Source of the DNA: Chara braunii
Lineage: Eukaryota > Plantae > Charophyceae
Reading direction: 5' to 3'
NCBI GenBank assembly: GCA_003427395.1
Contig: BFEA01000041.1
Coordinates: forward strand, 1,490,879 to 1,537,319
Length of the DNA stretch: 46,441 nt
Shown here one piece after another: positions 23,267 through 35,922 of this stretch. The notes under the pieces are model-generated. The model worked only from the letters and a program-made list of their open reading frames with translations, searched no databases and was not told where the DNA came from. The position numbers were made by a program, and so were the translations under genes. The stretch's first letter is position 1, and each line of letters starts with the position of its first letter.

Positions 23267-25219
23267 TTTATTTCAAATTTGGTAAGGAATTTGAATGTCA
23301 TACTCAAGCAAATGTTGTTTACTTTATTTTTCTTCATAACATATCATTTTTTTAAATTTTTGTATTGTTTCATTTAATTTATTTCTTTATTTTTTCCACG
23401 TTCGGCCCTAAGGCGTCCCTCACGTTCGGGCGTTCGACCAATCCCGAACGCCGGTTACCCTGACTTGTGCTAAATTGAGAGTTAAAATTTTGAGCATCCC
23501 GCCTTTAAGAATTTTTGTTATGATTTCCAACATAAGAGATTATGTACCATATAAGAATGTAGATAATTATCTAACATGTTAGCACCGACGTTAGCATTAA
23601 GTGATGCATGGGGAAAAACTGACAGAGGATTGTTAAGTAGTGATAGTAATAATAGTATAGCTCGCCAAATATATGGTGTCTAAATAGTTGAAGCGATGTG
23701 CCGGATTACGGCTCAAAGGCGAGCACGAGGTAGAACTCCAAAAAAACATTATCGTCTCCCTCCCTACAGCTAGTCTCAGTGGCAAAAAAACAGTGCTCCT
23801 CGATTGACGACGGGAACAATTAACGAATCAGTTGTTGTCTCTGCTATGTACGAGATACGTTAACGACCACGAGTTTTTTTTACGTTGAAACTTTTATTCA
23901 AAAAGTAAATCCACATAGCGATTGCCAACGCAGAAATACGACACTAAAAACACGAGCGCTGAAGGTTTCAATGACGAAGGTGCAACCTCTTTCACAAGTG
24001 TCGTGTAGAACTTCCCCGTCCAACAAAAAAAAAAAAAATCATATTAAACATTGGTGTTCCCAGGAAGAGGGGAAAACTTCAATAACTTTCTGCTTTAGTT
24101 TTTTTTGGAGCAAAAGCATGAAAACATTAAAAATATTATGAATGGAACGTACTATCATTATTACTTTATGAGCGCTAATCATCCTTCATGTACAACCATA
24201 AACTAATTGAATGGGAAGATGATAGCGTATCTTCATTTTTTGTATTAAACTCTACTTGGTGGATGCTCACAATCATTTTATTTTATTTTTTCAACATTCG
24301 TGATGTTTCTATAGTTTCCTTCATAATCAAAATTGAAAATAAAAATTTATTCATGTGGGGTACATGCTACAATATAAATGAAATAATATAAACATATATT
24401 GTAATGATTCCCTAATATTTCGCCCTTTAAGAAATTATGGTGCAAATAAAATGTATATAGCTACTGCTGCCAGACATAACCCTAGTAATAGTTTGGTAGT
24501 TCAAGAACAAACAAACTCAAACATAGAAACTATAGTTCGAGAAAAAGTAGTCGTTTAAAGCCAAGAGTGGTTAAGAAGAACCCCCACTTACAAATTTTGA
24601 CTAACGGGTCCAACTTGAATTTAGGGTTAAAGGTTCTTTTTCATTTGCTTATGTGCTGAATTTAGTATTATTCAGGCCATTGTAATTTTTTCTGTTGAGA
24701 TTTCTAAGATCTCTGAAGTTTAATGAAAGTGCATTTTTGTCTCCTTGTTTTATAGTTTGTATAGTTTTTTTTTCAATTTTATTTAAGTAGTTCCTACGGT
24801 CTCCACTCTGTGAATTGGTGGCAAATTTGGTCAAAATAACGTTTGGTTTTTGTTATACATGGCACGAGGAGTTATCTGAAACTTGAGGCCTTCATTCTTC
24901 GCCTCTCTTTAGTCACCACTTCTGGCCCTATTTCTCTTAAACCACTAGTCCCCCCTCAAGCAGAAATTCGGGGGCGACAGGTAACAAAGGTTTGAGAGGG
25001 TTACCAGTGGCAGAGTGAAAAAAAATATGAGTGGCAAAAATGAAAAATGCATCCAATTGCCTCTGCGATTTATTTTGTGGCCTACCAAGTTTTTTTATTT
25101 TTTTAAATATTTTTCATAACAAGAGACGACGTCTTAATGTACGGACCCTTCAATTTTTTATAATTTTTTTTTGTTTTAAAGTTGTGTTCTTCTCTAAATT
25201 TCACCTCACACTACCTACC

Positions 25220-25303
25220 TTAAGAAATTTGAAAATTGAAGAGTCCAAATAGTAGGTTCTAATAGGCCAATCGTTAGGATCCTTCAATTTTCAAATTTCT
25301 TAA
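25220..25303. repeat. 84-bp palindrome (micro-MITE-like hairpin)
   Basis: Perfect 22-bp arms TTAAGAAATTTGAAAATTGAAG / CTTCAATTTTCAAATTTCTTAA; interior imperfectly self-complementary. Confidence 0.85.
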
Positions 25304-25408
25304 CATAATCATTTTATCGTGCAAAATCATTAAAGTTGAGTTACTCTTCCCGTTGGCCCACATGTGGTAGAACGACAAAAAGAGAAAATGAAATAAATCA
25401 ACGCAACA

Positions 25409-25449
25409 CTAGGCTACCAGAGTGGCCCGGGTACACTTCCCGAACGAAN

Positions 25450-25481
<32 letters not shown>

Positions 25482-25671
25482 AAAATTTGGTAAGGAATTT
25501 TGATGTAACCCTGAAGCAAAAGTTATTCAGTTTATTTTGCTGCATAATATGTTTTTTTTTTGCATTGTTTTGATTTTTATTTATTTTTTTGGTTAGGACT
25601 TTCCCTAACCCTTGCACGACGAAGCCGCCCAGGAAAATAGGGTGACCCGAGTGGCCTGACTGGTAACCTAG
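25409..25671 (-). mobile_element. hAT-like MITE family B (opposite orientation)
   Basis: TIRs CTAGGCTACCAG / CTGGTAACCTAG; TSD ACGCAACA / ATGCAACA (7/8). Confidence 0.9.
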
Positions 25672-26512
25672 ATGCAACATTTATTTCTCTATTCATATAT
25701 TATATTAAAAAAAACATTTTGACAAAACCAAGACCAAATCCTCAAACCCTCTGAATTTTAAACTTTATGAGACATTATTTCGAGCGCAAAAAATCGTGGA
25801 GGTTGAGGTACGTTTTCCGAAGCCCTCACGTGGTAAAGTGGCAAAAATGAAAAATGTGAGGAGTCGACGCGACATTTCGTTCACATTACAATTTTATTTA
25901 TTTATTGATTTCTTGCATTTTCCTTCAAAAAAACACAATCTGATCTACAAAAACTCAAAAATTTTAACTATTCATTAATTATTTTGAGCGCAAAAAATCG
26001 CCACCAAAGTTGACGCTTGAAAATTATCGGATTGGACCCGCCTGGACTTGTTGGTCGCCACTCCCCTAAGAACCTGGTCCGTTAGACCAAGAAGGCCAAA
26101 TTCAAACATGCAGGTGGAGTGGTGGTTTGAATCGTTAGTACACAACCCCAACCTTACGAAGAAAAAAACTCATCACTTATATTTTTCAAGGAAAATATGA
26201 AAAAAATATGACATACAACCACAAAATAAATCTCATAATAAAGTGGCATTTTCTTATTAACTTTTGCCAGAATGAGAATACCAATAGGCTAAGTAAAGCA
26301 CTGATATTAATCCCTCGAACAAAATCGCATCGTGATAAGTAGTGATTTAATATTGCGGGCAATAATAATGTATAATCGTGAGTCATTCTTATAATTAATA
26401 TCAAAGTCATCGAAAAATCGACTTATATAACTCAAAAGGGTGCACAAAATTATAAGTATCATAACTTAAAAAAAAATTAATACTATCGTTTGTTGACAAA
26501 AACTTATAAAAA

Positions 26513-26622
26513 ACTGAGTGTTTTGTATTCGGTTTGCAATCATGTTCGTGAACTTGCAATCGATATACACGTCGTAATACTGAGTGTTTTGTATTCGGTT
26601 TGCAATCATGTACGTGAGCTTT
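26513..26622. repeat. Short direct duplication, period 66 bp
   Basis: ACTGAGTGTTTTGTATTCGGTTTGCAATCATGT twice. Confidence 0.85.
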
Positions 26623-26770
26623 CTTGTGCAATGTTATGTTGTGTCAAGATTTGATCTCATCTCATATTAGTTATACCTATTATACTTGAAGGGTAAACGT
26701 CGATGTATCACAAGACGACAAATATTGCATCCATAAAAAAATATGATTGGTCATCAATATAAGTTTAATC

Positions 26771-27081
26771 CTGTGTAGCACGGCGAACGTGTTCGCACGT
26801 TCGCGCGAACAACTAGCGAACATGTTCAAGCAAACACAATTTTTTTTCAAAAAAAAAATATATATATACATATATATATTTTTTAATTTTTTATTTGTTA
26901 GGAATTTCAACATGATTCCAAGGCAAAAATTGCTTGTATTATTGTTTTACATAACATATATTTTTCCCAGATTTGTCTGAGAACGTTTTTTATTTTATTT
27001 TAATATTTTCTATTTTCGCGTGCGGAGGGTTTCCGACTCTTGTTCGCGTTCGCCTCCGAACGCGAACACAGTGCTACGTAG
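26771..27081 (+). mobile_element. hAT-like MITE family A
   Basis: TIRs CTGTGTAGCAC / GTGCTACGTAG; TSD GTTTAATC / GTTTGGTC (6/8); GTTCGC/GCGAAC subterminal repeats; internal (AT)n. Confidence 0.85.
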
Positions 27082-27230
27082 GTTTGGTCGTTAAAACGAC
27101 ACTGATGTAAAACCAATGCATTTGTAACTTAACATTGGCATAACCTAGTCTGCCTAACATTTTCATCCAAACATATTCAAGTCAATATAATTTTTTTATT
27201 AAACATATAGGTTCCACAATGGTGGTTTAG

Positions 27231-27512
27231 CTAGGCTACCAGTCGGGCCGCCCGGATCCCGAATGGCCAGCCCGTGCAAGGACAAAGGAAGGTCCCTCCC
27301 CACAAACAAAATATCATTAAAAAAAAAATAATAATAATATTATGCAAAAAACTAAACTGAACAACTTTTCCCTCCGAGATATATCGAAATTCCTTACCAA
27401 AATTAACATATAAAATAAAACTTATTATTTATTTATTTTTAATTTTTAATATTTTTTATTATTATTTTTGTTCCCCCCGGGCAAGTGACCCCAGACCACT
27501 CTGGTAGCCTAG
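27231..27512 (+). mobile_element. hAT-like MITE family B
   Basis: Perfect TIRs CTAGGCTACCAG / CTGGTAGCCTAG; TSD TGGTTTAG / TGGTTTAA (7/8). Confidence 0.9.
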
Positions 27513-27520
27513 TGGTTTAA

Positions 27521-27546
27521 GGGGGGGGGGGGGGGGGGGGGGGGGG
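27521..27546. repeat. Poly-G tract
   Basis: Direct sequence. Confidence 0.9.
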
Positions 27547-29031
27547 AATCGATTCATGTTTGTCATCTTTATGCACGTACCATGCTATAAAAAAAAAAAA
27601 GCCTTATCCTTTATACCACGACCACCTCTCTCAATGATAGAAAGAAACAGAAATCCAATTTATTCCAAATTTATCATACGCCCTGAGAAGGCTCAACCAG
27701 AAGAAAATGTTTGGCCTTATTGGCCCATTTGTAAATAAAAAGATAAACAAAAGGAAGAAAGTGATGTGAAAGAAGATGTTGAGGAAGGTCATTAACAACT
27801 TTCTGCTCACAACAATAATTTGAATAATGCATATTACTATTTAGAAAAGTTATAAATTTTGTTATACTTGTTTTATTTCTCTTTTCCTGTTTTGGTTCCA
27901 ATGATCTTCCGATAAGGCAAGGCACATTCTTAGAGATGTTGACGTTGTCTCTCCGGGCGCATTTACACTAAGTACTTATGATAATGTATCTAGCAATTTT
28001 TTTGACATAAGGAAAGTTTTTTTCTTCTTCTTTTTCGATAGCTTTTGAAATTCACTACATCGTTGTGATAGTGTCACCGAGGGCACTCTCAAATAAGTGT
28101 TTAAATACATGAATCTATCTCGTATCACATTGAAATGGTTGTTTTAATTGTTTTTTTTTTCCTTTTTTCCATGCATTTCACTAAGGCAATTTTTTTTTAT
28201 AAAGGTTACACTGCGTTTTTTTTTTTTCTCTTCATATTACCCCCTCACCCAAAGTGGGACCCACGCTCGGGAGAGCTCAACACACAGTGAAAATCAAGCG
28301 TAAAAAATATACAAGATGAGATAAGAATAATGCCTTAAGAATTGTTATTTGCAACTATCTCCAACTTATAAGTATTTTCTTAAGTCGAAGTGAAACTTTT
28401 GTTTAAATGCCTTACCGAAAACGTAAAAATGATTTAGCTAAGCCTTACCATTTATTTACTTATTCTTATATATGATAAATTTAAATCTATCAATAAAAAT
28501 GAGCACATTGACAATAATACAATAGACTATAATAAATTTGAAAGATGATGGATTAACTGATGAAAACTCAAACGTGGTAGATAAAAGAAAAAATATGATG
28601 GTTGGGAAGTTGGTTTGACAACAAACGTCACTTCCAAAAGTCTAATTAAGTACATATAACATACCCTACACCCCAACCTTCGTGGTTGAATAGTATTACC
28701 ATATACAATTGATAAATAAATATGAGGTGAATCCTTAATAACGTAAAATCAATTATCTCATAATTATCTTAGATTAATCGGTTTCACGATCGCGACTCCA
28801 AGCTATTATCCTCTTCGAAGGATTGCTCTTCAAAAACGAAGCACGAAAACTTATATGGGATGCATCGTAAAAACTTTAAAATCACAACCACTTATTTGAA
28901 AATTGTAAGGGAATTCACGAACAAACTTAAAATTTTAATATAGATTTTTTGTCAGGTAGCGAAACCATACTGCAAATTCAATATATGATGCAGTCTGATT
29001 CACTTAAATACAATTTTTTATTTTCTTACAA

Positions 29032-29170
29032 TCATTAGGTTGCTATAACATACTACAAATGCAATTTGTAATGTAATATAATTCGCTGAGATATAAGTTT
29101 TCATCAGGTTGCTATAACATACTACAAATGCAATTTGTAATGCAATATAATTCGCTGAGATATAAGTTTT
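29032..29170. repeat. Tandem duplication, period 69 bp
   Basis: TCAT(T/C)AGGTTGCTATAACATACTACAAATGCAATTTG...GATATAAGTTT twice. Confidence 0.9.
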
Positions 29171-29659
29171 TATTTTCTTAGAATCATAATAAACTCTAAC
29201 CTACCTTACATCATACCCTGAAAGCGAAACTGATAGAAATGCAACGAACAAGAAAACAACATACCATAAAAATCACAACAATATTTAGAAAAGTCATAGA
29301 GTTTTTAGATATTTTTACATGTACCTCTCAACATCCTAAGAAATACTTGAGAAAAAACACTATAGATACCCTACACGGAACCCTATCACATCATTAGACA
29401 CGTTTCTCTCGACAACCTTAAGCTTCAAATAATCACGGAATGTGATTGTGACAACTGCTTCCTAAGCAAAAATAGACAAGAGTTTTCTAATAAATTTAGT
29501 ATTGGATTGGTTCCAGAATAACACGACAGGTTCTCTTTGAAAAAAGAAGGGTTGAGGGTTTTTTCTTTTTAATTAACTTATATTATTCTCTCGATATATC
29601 TCCCTTTACCTACCTACCTAGACGCAAGCTCAGCAATGCACTACAACGTTCACGGGAAG

Positions 29660-29903
29660 AAAACTCTCCTAAGTTAACAGGAAACAACTAATCTCAACTC
29701 TATGCGGGGAGCAACACCCAAGCTTCTAACACCAGGCGCAAGCTGGAATCGCTCCCCAGCTAGCCAAGAGGCCAAAGCCAATTATCTCCGCTGGAGAGTC
29801 CGAAGCGCATCACATGAGGCTGTGGGGATAGAATGGACGACGTAGGGAATAAAACCTATAACCTTCCGCAAACCACTTCCGTGCTCAAACCAACTGAGCT
29901 AGC
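29660..29903 (-). mobile_element. tRNA-derived SINE, copy 2 (5' end runs into the assembly gap)
   Basis: Minus strand GCTAGCTCAGTTGGTTTGAGCAC...GGTTTTATTCC; shares CCGAAGCGCATCACATG and GTGCTCAAACCAACTGAG with copy 1. Confidence 0.75.
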
Positions 29904-30089
29904 NNNNNNNNNNNNNNNNNNNNNNNNNNNNNNNNNNNNNNNNNNNNNNNNNNNNNNNNNNNNNNNNNNNNNNNNNNNNNNNNNNNNNNNNNNNNNNNNN
30001 NNNNNNNNNNNNNNNNNNNNNNNNNNNNNNNNNNNNNNNNNNNNNNNNNNNNNNNNNNNNNNNNNNNNNNNNNNNNNNNNNNNNNNNNN
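29904..30089. other. Assembly gap (N run)
   Basis: Run of N. Confidence 1.
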
Positions 30090-30272
30090 TCCCCTCTCCC
30101 CCTTCCCCTCCTCCCCTTCCCCTCCCCCCCAAAAAAGACACATTTTAAATCTATTGTACAATGCTGAAGGGCTTAAAGTCTTGAAAGTCTACTCCCTATA
30201 TAGGGTCTGCGACATTGATGAAACAATAAATATGTCAATTCTTAGTGATTTTCTGTGCTAAATGTTCTTAAC

Positions 30273-30400
30273 CAGGGTAAGCGGCGTTCGGGATGGGCCG
30301 AACGCCCGAAGGTATGGAACCCCTTGGGGATGCGTTCGGCCGTTCGGGCCGAACGCGGACAAAAAAAAAATAAAAAAAAAAAAATCTGAAAAAAATATAT
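30273..30400 (+). mobile_element. Truncated terminus of MITE family C
   Basis: CAGGGTAAGCGGCGTTCGGGATGGGCCGAACGCCCGAA is the near reverse complement of 23425-23462. Confidence 0.7.
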
Positions 30401-30409
30401 ACCCCATGC

Positions 30410-31066
30410 ATCTTCGTCACAATGTGTTCGCCGTCAGGATCATCAACCTCCACCTCCCTCGGTTCGTCTTCGACCTCTGCCTCCCATTCATCTTCGTCGC
30501 CCTTTCTCTTCACTCCATTCTGGCCGTCCTTACCTCCTCATCCTTCGTCCTCTCCTCACCATGTGCTCATCATCATGATCGTCAACCTTCGCCTCCCTCC
30601 GTCATCATCATCAACATGATCATCATTATCCACCTTCCATTTATCTTCATGGTGCCGTTCTCGCTCCCCCTCCTCGATGTTTCATCGTTATCCCCATCCA
30701 TCTTCATCGCCCCTACTCTTTCCTCCATCCTTATTGTTCCTTCGCACTCCCTCCTCCTTCCTCCTCTCCTCACCATGTTGTTCATCGTTGCGATCATCGA
30801 CCTCCGCCTCCCTCCATGCCATTATCATCATCATCATCATCACCATGTTCTTCATGGTCGTGTTTCTTTACTTGTGGTATGCAAGCCTATGTGGTGTTTA
30901 GCCCCTTACATGCTTGACGTCGCAAAGGCATATGTTATGGGAGAGCAATACTGTCAACCAAGAAGGTGTGAGGGTGGAGTGCAAGAAGAGTATCGTTAAG
31001 AAGAGAAAGTCGGAGGTGCAGAAAGGGAGGGAACAACGAGTGTTATGTTTTCGCCCATCCTCCACG

Positions 31067-31104
<38 letters not shown>

Positions 31105-31530
31105 GCCTCACCATGCTATCAATTATGGTCATCATCAACTTTTCCCTTCCTACTCCTTCCTCGTTCCTCTTCTCACCATGCTCTTCATCGTCGTCATCGT
31201 GAACCTTCCAGACATCATCATCATCATCATCATTATCATCATCAACATCATCATTATCATTCTCCTACCAACTCTCCTCACCATGCTATTCATCGTGCTC
31301 ATCTACAACCTCCACCTCGCTCCATGTCATCATCATCATTATCATTCTCCCCTATTCCATTTTGACTCGGCGTCACAATGCTCTTCATCATCGTTAGTGT
31401 GAACCTCCACCTCTCTCCATGTAATTATCATTATCATTATCATTGCCCTTCCTACTCTCCTCACCATGCAATTCGTCATGGTCATCGCCTACCTTTCCCT
31501 TACTACTCCCTCCTTTCTCTCATCACCATG
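30410..31530. repeat. Degenerate (CAT)n/(CCT)n-rich satellite with recurring CTCCTCACCATG(C/T)T units
   Basis: Direct sequence; pure (CAT)n runs at ~31068-31103 and ~31214-31260. Confidence 0.8.
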
Positions 31531-34500
31531 ATAAAAGTGATGTCTAGGAGACTGAAGCTAAGTGCTTGAAAGGCGTCGAACCATGGTTCGAGTCCTTCGC
31601 CCTTGCGCACAACACAGGCAATGATTTCGTAGTGTGAGCGATGGTGCGAGATCATACTAGGGTTCCCAGAGAAGACAAAAAGTGGAGAGAAAACAAAAGG
31701 TAGAGAGGCGATAGTGCTTCATTAAGGATGGAAGGGGTGTACACCAGGAAGATCGGAGGGGCACTTAGATTCCTGCGCCCACAATCCGCCGCCGACGATG
31801 CCAACGAATTCCAAAAGTAGCTCCCCAAGCCATGCAAATTGCTCCTGGAAGCTCTGCACTAACTCAGTACCCCACCTTCCTAGATAGTTGCCCACATTTG
31901 TCGGGCGAACGAAGCAAGTTATAGGAGATAACTGGAGAAGACAACGATGGCCATACCGTTACTGTTACCACAAACCGATAATCGTAAGGACACCGAAATC
32001 TCCGCCAAGATGGTGGAACCACCTAAACCTGCAGTTGCATGGATCTCAATAGCTGTGTAGAATTCCTGACTGCTAACGAATTGCCCGAGACGAAGGAGAT
32101 CAGGAGTGATGCACGGATGTCGGACTTGCCGGAAAATGTATCCCCTCCTGGGCTGCATGAACCACGCGTGTACGATGTGCTCGGTGACAAAGCTCATGGC
32201 AATGGCGTAGGGGAGAGAGGTACAAAAGAGAGATTAGAAAAGATTGGAGAGATGGGAGAATCAAATTGATCACTGCTCTCATTGAAGGAGAGGGCTAAAC
32301 TGAGATCTAGAGGAGGTAGAGGGTAGAGGACGAAGATACAAAACATGGCGGATGTTCGGGGCGAGCTGATCGACTCCCAAAGACATCAAGGGAGAGGCGC
32401 ACTGTGTTAACGCCGTTTGGACCAAACTCGATCACACTACACCTAGCAAAGAATCGTGGCACAATCTTACCTTGATCAGCATATTTCCCCACCTGCACGA
32501 TGTCCCCCAATTTATATTGGTCGGGGTCGTTCGGCTGGACCGTCGAATATTCGAACAAGTAATCTGCTTCTAAGAATATTTACCTTCATGAATAGAAAGA
32601 AACGTGCATATTATTAATGTGTTTAATTGATTGACTGACATATTTACTTGTAGACTGCTCTCTTCAGTTGAGAAACATAATAACATAGAAAGATTGTTCT
32701 TTGACGTAGTTGCAACAGTTTTAGACTCCTAAACAAAAAACCTAGTGGTTACATCATCATACATGCGATCACTTTGATAATGCCACATAAAAGTGGAAAA
32801 ACATGCTTTTTGCTCATTCCTCTCTATAATATGAAAAGAAAACTGAAAAGTACGAGTTTTCTGCTTGGGTCTAAACAAAATCAAACCTAATGCCAACGTA
32901 GCAAATTTACGTATCGTGAAATGAAAAAATTGCATACTTCTACACGACCGATCTTCTAGTTTGAAAGTTCAAGTTTTCATCATAGTAGTTGCTTATTACA
33001 TGGATCACACCATGTGGGCCGGGCCGGTGCAACCCAGGGAAAGAAATAAACACAAACAAAACAAAAAATGCCAAACCAACGTGGATGAAGGGTAGACTCA
33101 TTAAGCCACCATTACTTGGCACCGCTATTCAGCTTTCGTCCGGGGTGTAAGCGCGATGCGTTTTTGGGGCTCGGGTACCAAAGCACAATGGCTGGGGCGC
33201 GATCCAAAAGAAAGTTGCACCAATTTGTCTTTCTTTGGCATGCACGACATTCCCATCATCGGAGAAAAGTGCGTCGGAAGTACTGGGGTTAATTGTTGCT
33301 AGAGAGACCACTTGGAATTCAACTAAGGTCATTTTAACCTTTTGGACGATGCTATACCTTGACTCAGGAATGAATCTTCCGCTACAACATGGAAAGGTGC
33401 ATGCTGTAGTTAATGTAATTTTTGTCTTGTGTGCATGTGTTTCCATCCAAATTTATGTCAACTTAACCCATTACACGCTTGTATTCAACCCCTGAAGGGC
33501 GTCTTCCACGCGGATTCCAGTCCCGGGTGTGGTTGCCAACAATGCACCAAAGCAAAACAAAACAACGTGCGATGGTATATTCCCTCAGCTTCAAGCTTGT
33601 ACAGTGTTTGAGCTCATGGCCATGTTCAAAACGTTTGCCTCCCCTTCAAGAAAATCAGTTATGGGCCCCGCACAAGGATGATGCACATAGATCGAGAAGT
33701 GGCCCATTTCAAAAAAGAAAAAGAAAACAGAAGTCGTTCTTAAAAAAAAACAAAAAAAAACAATTGGGGCCTCACTCCACCACTCACCAAATCTGCAAAC
33801 TGAGAACGAATCTTCCGTTGCAACATGGACAGACGCACCACCACGAAAAACAAAAACCAGAAGTGGCCCTTAAACCGGTTGTGTGTCTGGGGCCTCGCGA
33901 CACCGCTCACCAAAGGCGCAAAATGGGAACGACTCTTCCAGTGCAACATGAACAGATGCACCGCGAGCTTAATCTTGTTCCTTGGTTCATGTGTCTTTCT
34001 GTCCACCTGCTATGCACTTGTATTTCAACAAACCCTTTAACCACCAGTACTTGGCCCGGCTATCGGCCATGGACAAAAATAGAGTAGAAACGTTTCTAGT
34101 TGGATGAATTTGGGCGCTCCTGTAGTGGCCTGTACGATTCCTAAAATTCTGGCTTGTTAACAGGCACAATTTTAGGAAGCACTGGTGGTTTAAGAGGCCA
34201 AGAAAAAAAAACTATGCGCGGGAAACGAAATGTCGCGGGTGAAATGAGGGGTCCGGATCAGTGTGCCAAATTGGACTGGTCCTTGCACCTTAACTAGATT
34301 GTCAGGTCTAGAGAAAACCAACTAGCCTGAGAACAATAACAAAAAGATAGTGCACTTTCCAATACTGGGCCAAATACTTTTTGCTGGCTCTTATCCACCC
34401 TGGGATGGTGTCGTGGAATATAAAGTAGCTTCTTAAAAAGGAAAAGAAATGGCGGAGCCCTCAAATGCTAAACGGACAGAAAAACGTTAAAAAACCCCTT

Positions 34501-35865
34501 CACAACAACAGAAGGATGATAACATATTGATATGATCTGGCAGGTTGGGCTTATCTGCAGTGTTTGGCTGTTCCTTCCAAAGGCCAGTGCAATACACTTA
34601 GGGTTGGGCTGGACTATGCACGAAACCTGAAAAAATTAGTGCATCTTCACACAGAAGGTGACAAGATACAGCCCCGCTATTCAGAGTGCTGTATCTAACT
34701 GTTCACCCCTTCTACGCGACGATGGCCTCACCACTTTCCATGTCCGATGGGATTAGCGTGGTAAGGTCCTTAGGTAACAGACAGACCCACTAAGTTGGAA
34801 CTCCATCCATTGAAGGAAGTGCTTATGTGAGTGAAATTACAGTCCAGTTGCCGCCACCCCTGAGGGCTGGCCAGACAATCTATTCTCCTCTGTGCTAAGG
34901 CTACTCTCTTCACCCAATAGAATGCCTGGTCATCACCGTTGTATCGTCAGACTGTACATATACTGAAAATACGGCTATCATGACCGGCCGTTCTCTTCGG
35001 GTGAAGATGGTGGCGCATTCATGGGCATCGATATGTCTGCCTTGTCATGCAAGCAGCTCCAGTGCATCAGTTCTTTACTGGAGGTCACCCCTGAGAGCTG
35101 GTCACACCCTTCATGCTCTGCTGCATCAACATCAGTGCAAACATTGGCATGGATATTGGAACAACATCCACACAGAAGAGAAAGGATGCGCTTACCAGAT
35201 TCTATTTGGCCTTCTTTTGTAACTCTGCCCCTATTTTGCTCATCCCTGTTCGATGAACACCTCCAGACTAGTGTCTGGAAAAATGGATGTGCTCTACAAT
35301 TCTGTTTTTCGCCTCCTTGTTCCCTGCTCTACTTTGCTCATTCTTGCTTGCCCTGTGCTCATCTTCAAACCAGTGTACATCCTCGCAACAGATCAAGCAC
35401 GGGTACCATGCCAGCGTGTTCAACAGGCATATAACCCCCCAGGGAGAGAATACTGAGAGATACGTGTAGAGCTACGTTCTTCCCCCAAACGTACCGCCCA
35501 GTTGCAAAAAAGAAGAAAAACAGTGGGCATCCTTGTTTTCGTTTCAAGTCTGTTGACCACTGCGTGGTTTATGCTGGATCCTCAAGAGCATTTAATAACG
35601 AATGCGTCAGTGCGGACGATCAGCAGGGCGTCGGAAATCGTATGTGCCAGGACATTGAGGAAACCAAGCCAGTGAGGCCACCAGTACATCACTTGGCACT
35701 TGCAGTTTTTTTGCGAGTGCAACTTCAAGTTCCAGCTGCAGGTTCCAGTTGCAGGTCCCAGCTTCACATTCCCATACAGGACGAGCCACATCTGTGATCT
35801 GTTGGGGGAAAAATCAGTTCCTTGGTTCTGAGTTCACAACTTGGTCGGTTGTGCAGTTTAGTTTC

Positions 35866-35870
<5 letters not shown>

Positions 35871-35919
<49 letters not shown>
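35871..35919. repeat. (TG)n microsatellite
   Basis: Direct sequence. Confidence 0.95.

Positions 35920-35922
<3 letters not shown>

Larger units (their letters stand above)
22330..23462 (-). mobile_element. MITE family C copy, apparently split by a family B MITE and a SINE
   Basis: AAGAT(G/A)GCGGTGTC motifs at ~22400 and ~22588; core and terminus ...CCCGAACGCCGGTTACCCTG at 23267-23462 (reverse complement begins CAGGGTAA). Left boundary approximate. Confidence 0.5.

Noticed and set aside
29833-30261. ORFs spanning the N gap
   Set aside because: Artefacts of ambiguous bases.
30262-31569. ORFs of 245 aa and 162 aa rich in Ile/His/Ser
   Set aside because: Products of (CAT)n low-complexity sequence.
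31540-31615. tRNA gene suggested by GGTTCGAGTCC (B-box)
   Set aside because: No cloverleaf or convincing A-box; at most a SINE/tRNA relic.
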